From positions 1-8,268 of IMG/VR virus record IMGVR_UViG_3300036767_000929: a stretch of DNA of 8,268 bases; one strand, written 5' to 3'. Every line of letters starts with the position of its first letter. The first letter of the stretch is position 1. The DNA is from a virus. The notes beneath the pieces are model-generated. The model was not told the origin of the DNA and did not search any database. It saw only the letters and a list, made by a program, of their open reading frames with translations. A program made the position numbers and the translations under genes. Positions 5,312 through 8,268 of this stretch are shown one piece after another.

Positions 5312-5554
5312 ATGAAAAACAAACTCGCTTCTCTGAAAAACCGTCATATCAACCGTCTGAAAGCTGCTGGCTTCACCGCTGTAGGTACTGCCGTTGGCGC
5401 GCCTGCATTCGCTGACGAAGCAACCCAGACAGCCATCACTGCTGCCTATACTGACGGCGGCGCTGATCTTACCGTTGCTGTAGCTGGTCTGATCGGACTC
5501 GTTGCTATTGTGGTCGGTGTTGGCATGATCGTAAGCATGCTCCGTAAGGGCTAA
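5312..5554 (+). CDS. coaB: Major coat protein precursor (pVIII / Pf1 CoaB type), 80 aa
   Basis: Signal peptide ending APAFA|DE. The predicted 46-aa mature protein has an acidic N-terminus, a hydrophobic core LIGLVAIVVGVGMIV and a basic end SMLRKG. From memory, the Pf1 coat ends IYSMLRKA and is also 46 aa mature. SD aaagga is at 5298-5303. Confidence 0.88.
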   Translation: MKNKLASLKNRHINRLKAAGFTAVGTAVGAPAFADEATQTAITAAYTDGGADLTVAVAGLIGLVAIVVGVGMIVSMLRKG

Positions 5555-5556
5555 GT

Positions 5557-5634
5557 ATGCTCATCACGGTCATTCTCGCGGTGTTGTTCGGTTTTTCTTT
5601 TCTGATCGGGTTTTACACCGGGCGGATGTCCTGA
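5557..5634 (+). CDS. 25-codon hydrophobic mini-ORF (MLITVILAVLFGFSFLIGFYTGRMS); candidate pVII/pIX-like or PfsE-like small membrane protein
   Basis: It is not in the supplied ORF track because it is too short. ATG 5557 is 2 nt after the coaB stop and 6 nt after aaggg (5546-5550). It has a single TM-length hydrophobic stretch, and its stop TGA (5632-5634) runs into the terminator stem. Confidence 0.4.
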   Translation: MLITVILAVLFGFSFLIGFYTGRMS

Positions 5635-5654
5635 GGCCCTTCGGGGCCTTTTTT
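5634..5654 (+). terminator. Rho-independent terminator after the coat-gene block
   Basis: Stem aggccc (5634-5639) / gggcct (5644-5649), loop ttcg, followed by a T-run (5649-5654) and a second T7 (5660-5666). Ff phages have the same arrangement, with a terminator after gene VIII. Confidence 0.85.
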
Positions 5655-5685
5655 ATTGCTTTTTTTATGTATTCGTGGGGTTGTT

Positions 5686-7170
5686 ATGAAATTCTTTTTC
5701 GTCTTCTTTTTCATCACTCTTCCTCTTGTTTCTCATTCCCAAACAGTTTCTGAAGCTTGCCCGGGTGGTTACGCTGGTTCGTTTCAGGCCGGTCTAGGCT
5801 CATTTTGGGAAGCTACTTGTGGTGTGAATACTGGCAAGACAGATTATGCCGGTAATGGTGAATTTTTCTGTAGTCCAACCGGTTATGTTCACCCCACATA
5901 TGGTGATAGACAATACCAGTGGTTTTATACCAGTGTTTGCAATCCGAATCCCGGCAATCCTGATCCTAGTGATCCATCAGATCCCGGCGGCCCTTCAGAT
6001 CCCGGCGACCCATCAGACCCTAGCGACCCTTCGGACCCTAGTGATCCATCAGATCCCGGTACTGGCGGTGGTGATCCCGGTACTGGCGGTGGCGATCCCG
6101 GTACTGGCGGTGGCGATCCCGGTACTGGTGGTGGCAATCCCGGTACTGGCGGTGGTGATCCCGGTACTGGTGGTGGTGATCCCGGTACTGGTGGTGGTGA
6201 TCCCGGTACTGGTGGTGGTGATCCCGGTACTGGTGGTGGTGATGGTGATGGTACTGGCGGTGGTGATCCCGGTACTGGTGATGGTGTTGGTGACGGTACT
6301 AGTGGTGATACAGGTACAGATGGTCCCGGTAATAATCTCAACTGTCCTGACGGATACGTTCTAGAGGGTTCTGATTGTGTTGCTACTTTAGATAACGAAT
6401 CAGAATGTCCTGCTCTCTATCAATGGGACCCAGATTTCAACGAATGTTACGGTCCTCCCGTTGATGACACCGTCGACGATAATCCTGATAGTCCAAATGA
6501 TCCGATTGATCCAAATGATACAGATACAGAAATCGCTTCCGTTGATATTACGAACCCCGGTGATATCAGTACGCCGATTGTAGAATCCGTAAGCTCTGGT
6601 ACTTTTTCTGTAGTAGAGGCGGTTAATAACGCCTCTTCAAACAACACGTCAGCGATAAATAATCAGACAAACGCTATCACTAATGCTATTTCAGCGGCTG
6701 GTCAGGACGGTGATGGATCTGAGACTGATCTTACCGCTACTAACAATCTTCTGTCCGAAGCTAACGAACTGTCTCGACAAGGCAACGGAACTCTTAACAG
6801 CATCGATGACACACTCTCAGAGAGTAAAGACACTTTGGATGGCATAGCGTGCGTTTTTGGTTCTGGTGAAGATTGTGAGAAAACCGGCGCATTCACTAAA
6901 GATGGTTTTCCGTCTCTGGATGCTCGTGTTCAAGCTGCTCAATCAGAATATCTCGCAGACTTAGATACTTACATGAGCCAGATGTCCGGTTTGTTCAGTA
7001 TTCAAGTCAATCAATCCTCGCCTTTCGTCGATGATGTCAGAGAAGTTCGCGGCGTCGGTATTAATTTCGGAAGCTCTGCAATCGCTGAAGGTGTTCAGTT
7101 TTTACCAGAACTCATACTTCTCTTTTTTTCTGTGAGTGCGGCAATTGTCATGGTTAGGGGTATCGTATGA
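5686..7170 (+). CDS. pIII-like adsorption / minor coat protein, 494 aa from ATG 5686 (the track's TTG 5656 lies in the terminator T-run)
   Basis: Signal peptide MKFFFVFFFITLPLVSHS|Q. A 4-Cys N-terminal domain is followed by a long Asp/Pro/Gly/Ser/Thr-rich repeat linker, a second 4-Cys domain (NCPDGYVLEGSDC...ECPALYQWDPDFNEC) and a C-terminal membrane anchor LPELILLFFSVSAAIVMV. The position between the coat and pVI-like genes fits. Confidence 0.8.
   Translation: MKFFFVFFFITLPLVSHSQTVSEACPGGYAGSFQAGLGSFWEATCGVNTGKTDYAGNGEFFCSPTGYVHPTYGDRQYQWFYTSVCNPNPGNPDPSDPSDPGGPSDPGDPSDPSDPSDPSDPSDPGTGGGDPGTGGGDPGTGGGDPGTGGGNPGTGGGDPGTGGGDPGTGGGDPGTGGGDPGTGGGDGDGTGGGDPGTGDGVGDGTSGDTGTDGPGNNLNCPDGYVLEGSDCVATLDNESECPALYQWDPDFNECYGPPVDDTVDDNPDSPNDPIDPNDTDTEIASVDITNPGDISTPIVESVSSGTFSVVEAVNNASSNNTSAINNQTNAITNAISAAGQDGDGSETDLTATNNLLSEANELSRQGNGTLNSIDDTLSESKDTLDGIACVFGSGEDCEKTGAFTKDGFPSLDARVQAAQSEYLADLDTYMSQMSGLFSIQVNQSSPFVDDVREVRGVGINFGSSAIAEGVQFLPELILLFFSVSAAIVMVRGIV
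5941..6330 (+). repeat. In-frame low-complexity tandem repeats inside the pIII-like gene: DPS/DPG 9-nt type (5941-6051), nine 21-nt units encoding (D/N)PGTGGG (6052-6240), then a degenerate tail
   Basis: The units gatcccggtactgg(c/t)ggtgg(t/c) were counted directly. Units 6157-6240 are four identical copies. The others differ only at Gly wobble positions or by one Asp-to-Asn change. Confidence 0.95.
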
Positions 7171-7562
7171 AGAAGTTTTTAATGTTCGTCGTGCTCTTTC
7201 TGCCACTCTTCGCGTTTGCTGAAGGCTCGGCTCCGGGCAGTGACCCCGAAGTAAGCATGCTCTCTGTATTCGATGCTTTGTTTACCACTGACGCTAACGG
7301 ATTTTTCGAAACCTTGTTCGAGCGTGCGGCTGCTTGGATGATTCTCTCCTGGATAGAATTTAAAGTCTGGCTGCTGTCTTTTTCTTTCGACGTTGCTTTA
7401 CTCGTTGTTGAGTCTCTGGATATTACTGGTCAGATAGAGAGCCAGCTTTCCGGTCTGTCGGCCACTATGTATGCGTGGGTGTCTTATCTTCGGATACTTG
7501 AAGGGGTGAACATGCTCCTCTCTGCGTACGGCTCGGTGATGATTATGAGGCTCGTCTCGTGA
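7167..7562 (+). CDS. pVI-like minor coat / membrane protein, 131 aa
   Basis: Its position between the pIII-like gene and zot matches Ace in CTXphi and pVI in Ff. It is hydrophobic with several TM-like segments. The ATGA overlap with the pIII stop (7167-7170) and the GTGA overlap with the zot start (7559-7562) indicate translational coupling. Confidence 0.6.
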   Translation: MKKFLMFVVLFLPLFAFAEGSAPGSDPEVSMLSVFDALFTTDANGFFETLFERAAAWMILSWIEFKVWLLSFSFDVALLVVESLDITGQIESQLSGLSATMYAWVSYLRILEGVNMLLSAYGSVMIMRLVS

Positions 7563-8268
7563 CGGCGGTGATCCATCACGGCCCCCCAGGTTCGTACAAG
7601 TCCTTCGCTATTGTTCAGGACGTCGTAATTCCTGCACTAATGAAAGGCCGTACCGTGGTGACTAATATCCGCGGTTTGGATGACATAGACCGGATTGCAC
7701 AGGCAATGGACTTGGATATACCAGATCGTACTGAGCTAATACACGTCGGCCAGCGTTCAAAAGACGATTACGAAAAAATGGCCAAGTTTCATCACTGGGT
7801 TCCAGTGGGCGCACTGATCTGCATCGATGAAGCTCAAGCTGTCTATCCAACGCGACTAAGATCTCTCTCTGTCTTTGATGTGCCTGAAGGGCAAGAGCGC
7901 GACAACTACAACGGCGAAGCTATGCCCGTCGATGTTGAACGCGCCTTTGATATGCACCGACATTTCAATTGGGATATCTATATTTCCACTCCGAACATAG
8001 CAAAGATCCATAAAGAAATTCGCGGCGTGTGCGAGTACGCTTACAGGCATCGGGATATGTCCGGGCTGCTGCCGTGGATAAAGAACCAATGGCGGGAATT
8101 CAAACATGACAGCGAACAGTCAGGTAAATCAGTCAGTCACTACATCGGTTCGCCGGTCGTCAAGAAAGCAGACTTACGAGTCTTCGAATGTTACCGATCC
8201 ACAGCAACCGGTGAAGCTAAATCGTCTAACGAAAATAAGAATATTTTTAATGATCCAAAGCTTAGAGT
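7559..8268 (+). CDS. zot: 5' part of the Zot/pI-family assembly ATPase gene (GTG start; runs off the window end and continues at base 128 of the circle)
   Basis: The N-terminus (M)TAVIHHGPPGSYKSF parallels CTXphi Zot MSIFIHHGAPGSYKTS as I recall it. Walker A is GPPGSYKS (7580-7603) and Walker B is LICIDEAQ (about 7814-7837). gagg at 7547-7550 lies 8 nt before the GTG. No stop occurs before the window end. Confidence 0.92.
   Translation, partial: MTAVIHHGPPGSYKSFAIVQDVVIPALMKGRTVVTNIRGLDDIDRIAQAMDLDIPDRTELIHVGQRSKDDYEKMAKFHHWVPVGALICIDEAQAVYPTRLRSLSVFDVPEGQERDNYNGEAMPVDVERAFDMHRHFNWDIYISTPNIAKIHKEIRGVCEYAYRHRDMSGLLPWIKNQWREFKHDSEQSGKSVSHYIGSPVVKKADLRVFECYRSTATGEAKSSNENKNIFNDPKLR
8142..8268. 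repeat. Right copy of the exact 127-bp terminal direct repeat (identical to 1-127)
   Basis: Base-by-base identity with 1-127. Confidence 0.97.

Larger units (their letters stand above)
1..8141 (+). mobile_element. One full unit of a circular integrative filamentous phage (inovirus, Pf1/Pf4-like gene order); bases 8142-8268 re-read bases 1-127
   Basis: Exact 127-bp direct repeat at both window ends. The zot-like ORF is continuous in phase across the junction. The inovirus core set is complete: rep, ssb-like, major coat, pIII-like, pVI-like and pI/Zot, almost all on one strand. An int gene and an intact attP are present. Confidence 0.85.

Noticed and set aside
5941-6330. The repeat array as a CRISPR or other non-coding tandem repeat locus
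   Set aside because: The units are contiguous with no spacers, only 9 or 21 nt long, and in frame inside a long CDS, with variation mainly at Gly wobble positions (one Asp-to-Asn change). This is a coding low-complexity linker.
5846-6364. 172-aa plus-strand and 138-aa minus-strand (5925..6341) ORFs across the repeat array
   Set aside because: These are alternative-frame and antisense readings of the 9/21-nt tandem repeats (monotonous IPVLVVV and PGSPPPV strings). The pIII-like frame has a signal peptide, Cys domains and a membrane anchor that explain the region.
7662-8107. Minus-strand ORFs 7662..7850 and 7856..8107
   Set aside because: They lie antisense to the zot-like ATPase domain, whose Walker A/B motifs and N-terminus are convincing. 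They have no SD and no recognisable motifs.
1-8268. Terminal repeats as LTR/IS ends or attL/attR
   Set aside because: The repeats are direct, lie inside a single coding sequence that reads through them in phase, and do not contain the tRNA-like core. The intact attP is internal. Circular overlap or tandem repetition explains them better.

Overview
The window is one complete unit of a circular, integrative filamentous phage (inovirus). Bases 1-127 are repeated exactly at 8142-8268, so the unit length is 8141 bp. A Zot/pI-type assembly ATPase ORF runs off the right end and resumes in phase at the left end. Gene order resembles Pf1/Pf4. It runs: structured intergenic region, Rep_trans-like replication initiator, tyrosine integrase overlapping rep by 8 nt, a small ORF, then an attP region holding the 3' half of a CAU-anticodon tRNA. 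A two-gene minus-strand immunity operon follows (HTH repressor plus a DUF1737-like protein). A divergent promoter region carrying a 42-bp near-perfect palindrome separates it from the plus-strand morphogenesis operon. That operon holds two unknown acidic ORFs, a putative ssDNA-binding protein, a small membrane protein, a Pf1-type major coat protein, a 25-codon hydrophobic mini-ORF with a strong terminator, a repeat-rich pIII-like adsorption protein, a pVI-like protein and zot. No secretin, rRNA, CRISPR array, IS element or complete tRNA gene was seen. Points for follow-up are the tRNA-derived attP with a short, rep-coupled integrase, the compact palindrome-controlled switch with a possibly leaderless repressor, the uncharacterised genes flanking attP and heading the late operon, and the slippage-prone 21-nt array in the adsorption protein. 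All family assignments rest on motifs read by eye and compared from memory; no database search was run.
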